DNA from: Phoronis australis
Lineage: Eukaryota; Animalia; Phoronida
NCBI GenBank assembly: GCA_002633005.1
Contig: NMRA01000267.1
Location: 286,464 to 350,463 of the forward strand
Length of the DNA: 64,000 bases
Direction: 5' to 3'
In this document: positions 38,895 to 50,873 of the stretch, piece by piece
How positions within the stretch are numbered: the stretch's first letter is position 1
Layout of the letters: each line of letters begins with the position of its first letter
Position numbers and translations under genes: made by a program
The notes under the pieces: model-generated
What the model was told of the DNA's origin: nothing
Databases searched by the model: none
The model's input: the letters and a program-made list of their open reading frames with translations, nothing else

Positions 38895-40329
38895 TATTGC
38901 GGCACGAGATTACCAGAGGAACTCTCCTAGTATATGAAGTGAATGTGATAGGGGGTCGGAATGCGGATCCAGAGTTCGGATAGGTGGGCTACCGAAAGCT
39001 CAAGGGAAGAAAACTAACGCAAACGAGGCTGGCATCAAGGCTGGTTATCACCAATCATGATTATATCCCGGATCTTTTCCTCGTTCAACATGCTACTATC
39101 TCGTTTTAGGCTTACGATTTCTTGGGCCTTTAACTGTACTTGTGTATTTTGATGGCATACTTTCAACACTTAATGAACCAAATAATCCAACAAAAATATT
39201 TTTTGTGAAATAAAAAATGAGTGCCGAATGTGCTACTTGATATTCACTACAGGTAAGTGGTCCTCAGAATTAAAGGTCCCTCTCCTTAACTTCTGTATAG
39301 ATTGAGAGTAGGAATAAAATTCGCATGGGTGCGTTCGTGTGATAATGGACCCACGTGGTTTGGCTGAATGCGAACATTTCCATTGGAATTTCACTTGCGA
39401 CACCTATTGAATTTCGAGTTCCCCATTAAGTTCTTTTCTGATAATATGTGAAGTCGTTAAATGTCACGCAGCTTTCTTGGGCACGGTTCATGCAAATGGA
39501 CATGCAAATGAAGTCAATGTCTCCACCTTGCTGTCAAAGGGTTAGGGCGAACATGTCGAAAAGACCCAGACTGACATTTCGCAGACTGTAGTAGTTATCT
39601 ATTAAACACTCCGCATGTGTACTAAACATGATGTAAACCTTTATTGACGTGATGTGCTAAACCCCACCTTTGCCCTTGAACCTGTATTCATATGTTATGT
39701 TCGCATGCGGGAGAACGAGGAAATGCCACTTTTGCGAAGCCATCGAGTTGATTTTTGACCACATTCGGGTGATTAGTCAGGTAAGGCAGACGTATGTTGT
39801 TATGCTCTTCTGTTTTCTTGGTTTTGGGGCTAAATTTTGCTATTAGGCTAACTTACTATCCATAAACTCTATATCTTGCAAGACAATTGCGTTCGCTGGA
39901 TATAGTAAATATTTTGGGTCTTGACTTTACAACGAACTCTGCGTTTACATGCATTGCTCCTTGAGTCCAGGACCACAAATTCAGTTCATATTTTAAAATA
40001 ACATATTGAACCTAATTACAAACATGCATTGGAATATATAATTACAGACTCGTTCATGGGCGAGGTTTTTTTTTGAAAAATTTGGGCATTTTGCCTGCAA
40101 TCTTTAACTTTATCGCAAGAACTCAAAAACCTTGTCGCTTGAATAAAAAACTGCTGAACATCAAGAAGTAGCTCTGCGTAAACGACTGACATGGATGGTC
40201 CTTTAGTTTCAATGCCGGTGTTACCAGCTTTCAATCACTGCGGTAAACCTGCACGCTAATGCTTGACTTTTATAATTAGTGTATATGTCTTCTTCTGTAG
40301 GCCAGTACTCGAAAACGTCACCACTGAAA

Positions 40330-40633
40330 ATGTGGATATTGGAAATTGCTTACGTCTTGCTGTTGGCGAGCTGCGCGCTTAGGTACTCTTTCGACCAAAG
40401 TACAACTCTTCCCTGGACGGACGAATTAGTCCCCACTCCTGAACCAGAAGAGACTCTTGTGGATGGAGACGAAAACTACGGGTTTGAAGGAAAACTACAC
40501 TCTGACGATGTGCACGGCGACGAAACGCTGCAGTTACGACTGGAAGAACAAGAAATGACTGAACAAGACGAAGAAGTGGTCGCAAATGAAAGTGGCGAAA
40601 GAACAGAAATGGACGCACGTGCAACGAAAATCT
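40330..40633 (+). CDS. Secreted WxxW-domain protein, first coding exon (signal peptide + acidic linker)
   Basis: Acceptor tcttctgtAG at 40300, ATG 40330, MWILEIAYVLLLASCALRYS signal-like N-terminus, Glu/Asp-rich spacer, phase-1 GTAAGT donor at 40634. Confidence 0.75.
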
Positions 40634-40835
40634 GTAAGTGAATATACATAGAATAACAAGTTAACAACAGATTGCCTTGATGACGTAACAGAACGTGTTC
40701 AGCTGGAAAAATACAAAATGTAGCATATGGGTCTGCCTATAATGGCCAACTGAAGAACTGGGACTGGTTAAAATTTTTGTTATATATTCCAAACTACCGT
40801 TCTTTTTGGAGGGAGGAGGTAGCGAATTGTAACCA

Positions 40836-41523
40836 CTGGCACCTTTAATCAGCTCTCAACTATACACTAAAAAAAGAGAAAGGTATACAACTGTTATCCA
40901 ATATGGCCGCCTGTCTGGCACTTCCGGAATAACTACAAGCATGTCAAATCTGAGTGTAATTTAACTCCAACATTTTATCTGCGAGAGCAACACGTTCACT
41001 AGTTGCAGCATTTGTTGACATCGAAACCAGTAATTACCAGGAACATTACCTTGATACTTCTCAATGAGCACGCTGATTTGGTCAAGAAAAATAGGTCAAC
41101 ATTTCAAGGTGCCTTCCAATTGTTTTCCGTTCGTCCAAATCATTATGCTTGTAGAGTAATTATTGTAGCCGGTTATTGTACTGTTCACTTTGTTTGTATT
41201 GTTGCTGGTTTTAGTTGATGTAAGCGTTCTGAAGATGTTGCAAGCATGCGCATTAGCAGATGCCAAATGGCACATTTCTCGCTCTGCGCTTTAGCGTGAA
41301 CTAGGAAAATCTGGAGGTATTGATGGTGTTTATTGGTTTCGATGTCCACAAATGCTGCAACTAGTGAACATGTTGCTGTAGCAGATAAAATGTTTGAGTT
41401 AAATTACTCTCAGATTTGACATGCTTGGAGTTATTCCAGAATTGCCCGCCAGGCCATATTGGATAACAGTTGTATACCTTTCTCTTTATTTAGTGTATAC
41501 TTGAGGGCTGATTTAAGTGCCTG
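40836..41523. mobile_element. Foldback MITE with ~200-bp TIRs in an intron of the WxxW gene
   Basis: 40838-41040 is the inverted complement of 41325-41521. Flanked by near-direct CGA(A)TTGTAAC repeats. Confidence 0.85.
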
Positions 41524-41947
41524 CGATTGTAACGTGGATATATTTCTCGCCTGTGCCTAAATCCGAAATGTCACACGTTAGTTATGTGAAAGACGATACA
41601 CATGAGAGTTGTTGGATTTACCTACATTTTATCTCAGTTCAAAGTTAAATGTATTTGTAGTTCTAAATCTTTATAAAGACTTATACTCAAAGGTTTTTGG
41701 CTCTGTGTAGAACTTAATGAATCAAAACGCAGACTTCAACTACCAAACCATAGCGTCAAAGTTTACAACAATTACACGTAGTTGTGGAGTTATTTTGAAG
41801 TGGTTGTCAAATCAACGTCGTTATCGAATGCATTACTGTCTGGAGCGTGACACAACTGATTGGTCATGGCAATTAGAAAACTATTAGGTGCCACTGAAAT
41901 GACCCATGGAACTGCACAACGCAAAACACCGTATACTCTACTTTTAG

Positions 41948-42027
41948 GTGGTTGTACCTACTGGACCAATTGGCTGGATCAGGATGTTTCGACTGGAACT
42001 GGTGATTGGGAGACCTTGTCGGCATTC
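41948..42027 (+). CDS. WxxW-domain protein exon 2
   Basis: ttttAG|...|GTGAGT, phase 1 in and phase 0 out. Encodes (C)GCTYWTNWLDQDVSTGTGDWETLSAF, the Mucin2_WxxW N-terminal consensus. Confidence 0.85.
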
Positions 42028-42919
42028 GTGAGTTCTTAAAAGCCTTCATAGTTAAGTTCAATTTGTGAAGCGACATGGATGTCTTATAAATTGTCAATAT
42101 TTTGGGCTGATGACCCCAAGTTCTAATACACGAATGTCCTCAATTTTTTACACACTTTTGACTAGACCAAATACACCGCCGTCTTGGAAAAACATTTGTT
42201 TTTTTTGAGAGGCTATTCAAAAGTTCCGGTAATTTGGATATTGTGAGCAAACTCGATTAATTGAGAAATTCATGGCCTGACAGTTTTAAGTGCCACCTTT
42301 CCCAAATTTGTGTGTGTGCGTACTTGCGTCCGTGCATGTGGAAGAAATACTGGGATCATTATTTACTTGCCAAGGAAGGCTATTTCAAAGAGGAAAGTCA
42401 AAGAAAACCAGTTCGACAAAATTTAGTTGATGCTCAAAGTACAGAAATTTTTGTGTCTCCTCTTATACCATGAACTAGGCGGAGTTAACTGATTTCTTGC
42501 ACGGCTCGTTCTCTCAGGTCATCGAAGTTTGAGTTCCGCACTTTTGACGTAACTTTATCAGGGCAGCTTGAAGCTACTTAAAGGAAACTGAGTAGGCCAG
42601 TTGTTAAACTTAAGTTACTCAGTTACTCGTTCTTGGTGAAACATGGGTTATTGCACCTCACACTGAAGAATGTCTCCGAAAATGTTTATCTAAATAAAAC
42701 CCATGTTAAAAATGTTTATATGAAAATGTCATCTTTTTTGCAGTTCGTATTATTACATGACCTAATTTACTCCTCGGTTAGGAAAATGATAGCATTGTGA
42801 TAAAATATTAATAAGCATTTAATGTTAATTGAAAAACCGCATAACGTGAATAACTTTGCACCTCAAGTTTCTTGACGTGATTCTATGCCGTTATGAAAAG
42901 TTACGCTGCAAATTGTCAG

Positions 42920-43173
42920 GTTACTACCAAAAACCCAGTCTGCGAAGCAAAGCGTCCTCTTGCGATTATGTGCAGAGCTAGATATCTACCAAATGGCCGA
43001 TACACGTATTTCAACCATGACAGACTTCAATACCCTCCCAACTCCTCTAAAGAACATCAAGATGAGAGTGAAATGCAACCCGGAATGGGGACTTCTGTGC
43101 TTGAACAAAGATCAGAAAACAGCGATTTGATGTCGGCATTTTGACTTCCAAGTTCGCTTCAGGTGCCCTCGTT
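42920..43173 (+). pseudogene. WxxW-domain protein exon 3, with frameshift and in-frame TGA
   Basis: tgtcAG|VTTKNPVCEAKRPLAIMCRA... then in the +1 frame VKCNPEWGLLCLNKDQKTAI*CRHFDFQVRFRCPR|GTAAGT. TGA at 43128-43130. Confidence 0.8.
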
Positions 43174-43589
43174 GTAAGTAGGCCTATATTAAATTCACCT
43201 TGTTAGATGCATTTATCGTCATTATCTTGACATTTTCGCTTTATTTTTATATCAACCTTTAGGGTTTATTTTACACTTCTCATTGCTATTTATATCCCCC
43301 GGGTCCTACATTTGTATTCATACACCTCTCTACTCGACACCTGATTGATAACTCATATTTCCTTTGTTCAATGTATTGTGGTCTAGTTCAGTCAGCCACC
43401 TACCTCGCTTTTCCTCGGTTTTGTCTGCATTTTCCGGGCAAAATAGATTACGATGAATAGGGTATAACGTTCGTAACGGGCTTTCAATGACATTTGGTGG
43501 TCACGTGGGACCCTCACTCCAACAACGCAAGCCCGTGCTGGTGAACGAACAATTATTGTCATGAAACATTGATAAAATACGACTTCTTC

Positions 43590-44245
43590 TTTATTAGCAT
43601 CATACTAAACGAGAAACATTGCAATGAATCGATCTACCTTTCTCGACTCGCCTCGACTTTGTAACTACTTTCTATGTCAGAGACCCGGGGTCGGAGGTCG
43701 TGACCTTTTCAGAAAAGCCGAGCTATTTTGTCAAGTAATGCTTTTACCCAAAATTAATTGAAAATTTAAACAAAATAGAAATAAAGAGAATCTATAAATT
43801 AAAGTTTAGCAACTATTGTAGCTTAATACACATTTTATCATGCTAAGCTGTGACCGGGAAAATATCGTTTGCTAACGTAGGTTACCACTGGTAACTGACT
43901 ATAATGCTCAAGCCAAAGGATCCTGAAGACACGATATCCGCATTCAAATTGGAGATCGGTGAATTACAAATGAAAGAACATGAGAGAAAATTTTCACTAA
44001 ATTAAAATATCGTTTTTATGGCAATTATGCGTCTTATTTTTCATAGCGTATAAATGTCGGTACAATGCCCTTTGTTGAACATGCGATTGTTGCGCGTGCT
44101 CAGTTAAGTATTCTATTTTCACGTTCGATGACGTCAGCTGCTGAGTGGTGTTGTGGTAAAGTTGACGACTCGAAACCCTTGCGGACCCGGTTCGAAACCT
44201 GCCTCGGTTCCCGTCAAAATGTTATTTCACTAGTGAGATAACTAA
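43590..44245 (+). mobile_element. Crypton-like/tRNA-cassette repeat, partial copy
   Basis: Homologous to 11090-11718; truncated by the adjacent RNase H LINE fragment. Confidence 0.8.
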
Positions 44246-44269
44246 ATGCTAACTTGCTCGCCTTATGGC

Positions 44270-45195
44270 GTTAAAGGAAAGCTCCAAATGGTCTTGTGAA
44301 AGTTTGTAGGTGAGTAAAAAACTCTGTGAAGATAATAGATCCTCAACAAGTCCAAGGAGTGAATCAAATGCAGTCACCAAGCCAACAACACAAATTGACC
44401 TGTAAAAAGTTCGGGCACAATGAAGTTTCGAACAGCATAATTATGATATAGGTATGTAAACAACCAAAGAATTTTGTTTTGTTTCTCACATTTTAAGACA
44501 GTTTCTGCAAGCTCATCCGCCTTGACGTTGAATGAGATGCCACAGTGTCCTGGTATATAAACACTGGTGAAAAGACCCTTAATAGAGTTGAACAGAGGGA
44601 TCCAGGAATCTTTCACATGACCAGTTTTTAGCCTGCTAATGAGGCTGAGGGAGTCTGTAAGTAGAAATGATCAGTCTGCAGGTGTTGTGTTCTGTGAGAG
44701 CCAGACTAGGGCGTCTTCATATGCTTCACATTCAGCTCTAAAAGACGAGGATTTTCCAACCCGTGCTGTTGACCATTCGAAGAGGCGTTGACCCTCGCGA
44801 GTCCAAGCAACTGCTGCCCAATCCGTAGTGTCACCTCTTAGTGAGCCGTCCGTTGCAACAATGATTGTGGGAGATTGTTCTTCAAGCCATTCCGATACAA
44901 TTGCTTGGTTGATACAGTCAGCTCTTTCCCGCCAATGACGGCCTCCAATCTCCATCGTGTTGATGACAGTGTTTGTGGCTTTGGACCACTCTATGCTGTT
45001 GATGTTCTCCACTAGACATACCTCTTCGAGCGAGGATGGCAATACGGAGATGCAGCAAAAACTCATACCAGGGGAAAAGATCGAAGAGTGTGTAACCAGC
45101 ACGAACTTGGTTGCATCTCCAAATTTACATTGCGTGCGATACTGGAAGGAGGAGGGCCAGAGACTATCCCGGTGCCTACCCTCTGACGTCACCAC
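44270..45195 (-). mobile_element. Non-LTR retrotransposon fragment with RNase H (I/Ingi-like group)
   Basis: IIVATDGS, SSFRAECEA, LTDSLSLI, YIPGHCGISFNVKADELA. Confidence 0.82.
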
Positions 45196-45196
45196 A

Positions 45197-45226
45197 GAAA
45201 CAGAAACAGAAACAGAAACAGAAACA
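45197..45226 (+). repeat. (GAAACA)5 microsatellite
   Basis: Read directly from the sequence. Confidence 0.9.
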
Positions 45227-45599
45227 TGAGTTTCTAAGCTGAAAGTTTGAAGGCCTATATGTTTAAATTTAAGAAGTTCGAATCCACAATTGTGAAAGTC
45301 TTAAATCTCTGATGTTTACGAGTCAAATTCTTCATAAGTCTGAAAACCACATTAATCGTGGCAAAGTCTTAGTTCCTGCTTTAGCTGGACTCATGAACAT
45401 TTGGACTTGAGAACTATCTGAACTATGCACTGCTTGTGGAAAGCGACAACGCAAAAATAACAAACAACACAACATAACACTCAAAAGTTAAAATGCACTC
45501 GCGACAGCATCACAAACAGCTAAGCTTGTAATGCTAATGCTCGTAGTCTGAATTATAATTTAAGTAGCCATTGTGCTGTCGGAAACTGAAACAGCGAAC

Positions 45600-46112
45600 G
45601 AGTAGCACAATAGTAGAATCTAGTGAAACGAAGGACCTTATCCATCCAGGAGTTATATTCATGTAAGTCCGGCAGAAAAGACTTAATTTTGTTCAAGTAA
45701 TATTGAATTTATTACAAAATCGACTGACGCTGGCACTTGTCCTCCATACAACCATTTGTCAGACTTAAACATGATCTGCCAATTGGTTTTTGAAATAATT
45801 TTCACAGCACAAGCAAAATTAATGTCAAACGGACGGAATTGTGACTACATGCGACCGTAAATGTTTCAGGGTGCATAGAAATTATGTAGTAACAGACAAA
45901 CAAGTAGAACAAATTCCATGACTGTAACCGTGTACCTGCTATTCTTATACAAAGGTTGGACCAATGTTTTAAGGACATGGAGTAGTCTCTCGTTTCAAGC
46001 AAAAATGGCTTTCTCTCAAGCAAATTTGAGATTGAAAGAGCTGACCTGCAGCCAGAGCTCAGAGGAGACTTGCTGTTCAGCATGTTAAATATCTTGTCGA
46101 TTACCTGCACAA
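45600..46112 (-). mobile_element. P-element/THAP9-like transposase fragment
   Basis: ORF 45802-46110 IDKIFNMLNSKSPLSSGCRSALSISN...FLLETRDYSMSLK resembles the P-transposase motif D.+FD+LNS..P...G.K. Confidence 0.55.
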
Positions 46113-46114
46113 GA

Positions 46115-48127
46115 ACCGTCTTAAAATCTGGCTATATCGACATCACCTCGTATACGGTCGATCTTACCTCGCCGAGAGGTGTACGGACGATGAGAAACGA
46201 CGCAGCGACGTCAGTGGTTCTTCCGAAGAGTGAGTGCCGCTATGGTGTGTTGTATCTTTCCCGCTTGTGCAAACCGTATGAGGCTGCAAGGAAAGCGGGT
46301 ATATCGTTTTTAGATTTCCTCGAGAGCCCGTAATGCTTCGAAAGTGGTTCGCAGTAGTGAAGAATAAAATGTACAGACGCCGGTAACACCAAATATGAGG
46401 CCTTGAAACATCTCGTGTCTGTCGAAAGGGAGGGTATCACTGACGAATGTCGGCTTACCAAACAGCTCATGCCAGGGCAGAAAAAGAGACCGAGGCTGTG
46501 CCTAGTGTCTTTGCGTTTGGCAGGCAGGAGACGAAGAAACCCGGATCAGTTGTTGACCAGGTTTTGATTATGGAGAATTGTAGTTGGCCACAATTAATTC
46601 CAGTTATGCGAACATAACGTTTTGTATAAGCTGTTTCCAGACTTGGTCGTTCGTCAGGCTTCTGTTCGGCCCTCTGGGTGTAGGACGTTTTCGCCAGTTC
46701 TTTTTCCCAGCCCTAAAAAAACGTCGCAAGCACACCTCTGCAGTTTAGATGCTGCGTAAAATCAGGATGGTCGATCCGTGAGGCACATCTTCGCTTCTCC
46801 AAGAAGGTATTTTACTCGCGGAATTTTGTGCCAACAAACGCAAGCGTCAGTCGTTTCCATTATTATGCAGTTTGCGCACTCACACCACCACAAGTCATTC
46901 AAACGGTTTTCGGAATTATCCGTATGTCCCGTTGTCTGTGCACGTTCGCGGCGGCTATAGCATTTCTTGATCAGTGTATTCCGGTTCGAAATGATAACCT
47001 GTGAAGCCTAATGATCGACCTGTGAAGTCTTCGTCGGATGAGCGCTCGTCTTATGTCAGGATTACGAGTTGCCATGTTGACGCTTATTATCATGCTTTCT
47101 GTTTCAAAATGAATCATTCTCACCCTAACCAATTCTTATATAAAACTGATACAATTTATAGTGCCTTTAGAGTGTTCGTGAGTGCAAATGTTTTGAGAAG
47201 CCAGCAATAAATAAATCACTGTGTTACCGGCTTTAGATGAAATAAAGCTAACTGACCGGGCACCGAGGCCGCGTGAGCGCATGATAATTCAGTGTTTGCT
47301 GACAGAAAGCTGTTGTGAAACAGTAACTCGATTTTATATCCTATGGTCAGATGTTAGGGGAATCTTTTTTTAGATATACATATACATTATTCGATTCACT
47401 GTTACTGTACGACTTTTGCCTGACCGTTCTTTGAAAGGGGAACCTGACTTCACGGCCCCCGACAAGTAAGTAGATTTGCTGTTTCGCGGCTAATTCACCA
47501 AAATAATATGTAGATTACTTTTTGACTCACTAGTATAGTCTTTTCGTGACTTGAAGTTTAGTTTCCAACTTTGGCTGATTTATGTTCGTGATGTCTTCAA
47601 TCCGGCCGCGACGGGCCTAATCGGTCTCCGAGCCACTGTCCGGGATAACAAGCTTTCTGTGTGATTAAAACTGAAAAAATCGCAAGTCTAAAGTTACAAC
47701 ACACAGCTATGCTCCCCTGTCTGTATTCCACTGAAAAATAATCCGACTTTGTCACCGAACAGACCCCAAACACCCACGATGGATCTTGGTAAATTGGCCT
47801 ACCGAACTTTGTAGGCTACTGTAGGTTCAAATACCTATAAATCCGTAACATCGGAGTAAAACAACATGTTTGTTCAAGAACTCGATGTGTTTGTAGGGGT
47901 TTTACATCGAATTTTGACGATGTATTGGTGTAAAACGATGAATTCACCAGCAAGCGTGTTATGACCTGCTGAACAGACTGCGTTCGAACCTGTGACGTCA
48001 TTGGTTAATTTCAACACCTCTGTCCACCGTCTTGTGCCAGGTAAAAGAACTGTACTTACTGTTATCGAGTGGAACTACTCGATATAAATTGATACAAAAT
48101 AGGTTGTTTTTTGGGTGACATTCTTCT
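46115..48127 (+). mobile_element. Kolobok-type element copy 3 (left TIR missing)
   Basis: Right end GGGTGACATTCTTCT|TTAA. KolX-like WWCECANCIIMETTDACVC on the - strand at ~46830-46900. Confidence 0.85.
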
Positions 48128-48992
48128 TTAAATATTTCTTTCAATGAAACATGTAGTACACTTGCCAATTTGTACAGATGTGTAAAGACGACTGATTTTT
48201 TTAGGCCAAGAACTCTTTGCAGGTCCATAAACGAAATGGACCTTACCTAAACATGTTGCGTGGAATAATGTAAGTTGAAGAAATATTACCCCCTCAATTT
48301 TCTGTGTCGAGGAAAAGTTGATTTACGGGTTGATACACCAAAGAATCTCAATCAAAGTTTTCATTACCCATAAGGTTCTTGCTTAGTAGTGAAACATGCT
48401 CATACAAACTTTCATTTATTGAGAAGTTAGTAAAAATTTTAGCTCAATTTTATAACTGGATAAAATATGAGCCAAAAACCTAGCATAAATGGAGTCACAA
48501 CGGGAAGTCGTAATCATTTTTGTAAAAAGTCAAAGCAAAATCGCTTTCAGTGAGTCTTGAACACAAAAACAGATGTTCCTTGTCTTGATTAACTGTGAGA
48601 ACCCAAAAGCTAGCATGACGTTTCATAAAAGGCAGATATATTGGGGAAAACATAAGAATTTTATATGACGTAATTCAATTTTTAGACTGTAAACCCTTTC
48701 CCGGACTCCTCTTCATGATCGATTTTGAAAAAGCTTTCAACTCAGTTTCCTGGTCCTTCATGCCCAAGGATTGATCATACTTTACCTTTGGCCCAAGATT
48801 CATTGACGCGGTCAAAACTCTCTACAACAAATCTCGTCCTTGTGTTCTCCAACATAGACTTTTCTCCTTACCTTTTTGTATAATGTGCAGAAATATTATT
48901 TCGACGAGATGGGGTCAGGATAGGTGTTTCTGAGTTTAAACTGGTCTAGTACGCTAACGACACTTCTTTAATTATGGACGGTGCTGAATTGT

Positions 48993-50873
48993 CTTTTTTA
49001 TTGATGTTTATTACGAAATCTTCAGAATACAATGAATATACATAACCCAGAAAGCGCCAAGAGGCATTATATCTGGGTTAAAAATACAAAGAAGTCTATG
49101 TACAATTATTACACACAGTGCTGTTACTAGGCACGAATCGAAATTGGCTACGATATATGAGGCTTTGTGAAGAGAGGTGGTGAAACATGTGTTGAGAAAT
49201 GATTTTTTTAAAATTTTGGATAAGGTGTTAAGTAGAGTTATGGGCCGATAGTTGGCAATGTCTGTGTTGGAGTCCTTTTTGTGTATTGGTATCATAACGC
49301 CAAGCTTGCAGCTCAAAGGAAAATTTCCAGATTGTAATATTTTGTTATAATGTTGTCAGCGTAACTGTGAGCTCTCTTGCTATTATTTTGATCATTTTGC
49401 TGGTTATGAGATTGGTGCCGTCGTTTTTGTTTTCGTCAATGTTTTCTGGTAGTTTTCTGACTTCAGATGGTTGGGCTTGTATGTCAGAGAGGTGTTCTAA
49501 TGTTCTGTTTGGGAATTCGAGAATGTTTGTTGTTGGTGCAATGTGACTCTTTGCGGTGAAGTAGTCTAGAAATAACTTACTTTTATCAACTTTGGATGAC
49601 GCCTGGGAGTTGGATTCCTTTGAGTGGATGGTGGAGTATGATGATTTCTTTACCTGTCCTCGAATTTTGTTTACTATATCCCAATATTCCTTAGAATTTT
49701 TGAGACATTTTTGATGTTGGAGATAATTTTCGTCTTATAGCCTTCTTTTGTTTTTAATTAGTTCTTCCACACTCTTCCACTGTTCTTTGTAACATTTAAA
49801 CGTGCACGGGTTATTTGATTTTCTGAACGATCTGTACAGTTTATTTCTTTTATTTATTTCAGACTTAATGTTACGGTTAAACCACGGTTTGTTCTTGTTT
49901 TTTATTGTTTTCATGGTTGACGGGAAATTATAGTATGTTGTACAGTGACTGTGTGAATATTGAGACTGCGTCATTTATGTCACTTTTGTTAAGTATTTCA
50001 GTCCAGTTAAATGTGGTTATGTCAGTGCGCAGTTTGTCCATGTTAATGAGGTTGTAATTCCAGATCTTTTTCATAATGTTTGGTTCTTTAGATGCGCAGT
50101 TGAGTGTGAACATTCACACTCAACATGTTTCTATAACGTGGTGGTCTGAGTTACCAATGGGAGGCCTTACAGAAATGGATTCAATTAATCCGAGATTGTA
50201 AGTAATAAATAAATCAAGGCAAGAATGTGAATACTCAGTCAGACGTGTCGGTTCGTTTATTACTTGTACACAGCCATTTGAGAGGAGAATATCAAATAAT
50301 TCGAGACCGACTTGGTTGTCATTGTCTTCTGAGTACCAAGTGCTATTTCTTGCGATGAAATCCTCGTTGATAACAATTGCTTTATTAGTTTGTGAGAGTT
50401 CTTGCAATTTTTCCGAAAAGGTCTTGAAATACGCTTTCCTTTCATGGGACGTCTGTGAGGGTGAGCGATAGAAAAAAACATAATATACCTTCTTGTTTTT
50501 AACATAAAGTTCAATCCAACAGTTATTCATTGATTGTATGATTTCATTATCAATTGTTTTGTAATTTTCGGAGTTGTGGACAAACAGGATCAACCCTCTC
50601 CAGGCGTTAGTGTGGTAGGCAATGTTGTATTCTGGAATAATAAGTACACTGAGGTCGTCTTCGGACAGTGTTCCGAATTCACATATGGCTATGACCATGT
50701 AATTGTTGTCTGTAATAAATTGCTTGAGAAGAGCAAATGTTGAAAGATTGTGAATAACACCTTGAAGCTGGCTTAACCCTGATTGTTTGGTCCTAGATTG
50801 ACCTCTATGTCACCAGCAGTCAAAAGGCTTTGCTCAATGATAACTCTGATATCACAACATGAGTTCTCCTAGT
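48993..50873 (-). mobile_element. CR1/L2-group LINE (duplicate copy, RT core deleted) inside the L1/Tx1 copy at 48618-52745
   Basis: ORF 50120-50698 encodes an APE endonuclease (YRSP, DF, PTR, LD, SDH). The deletion junction shows ACACA microhomology. Confidence 0.88.

Noticed and set aside
40330-40641. Single-exon toxin or neuropeptide precursor (acidic propeptide ending MDAR)
   Set aside because: The GTAAGT donor splices in phase to a WxxW-domain exon, which explains the sequence better. Propeptide cleavage remains possible.
43128-43130. Selenocysteine or readthrough TGA in the WxxW gene
   Set aside because: The TGA is not at a conserved Cys position, the same exon also needs a frameshift, and no SECIS element was recognised.
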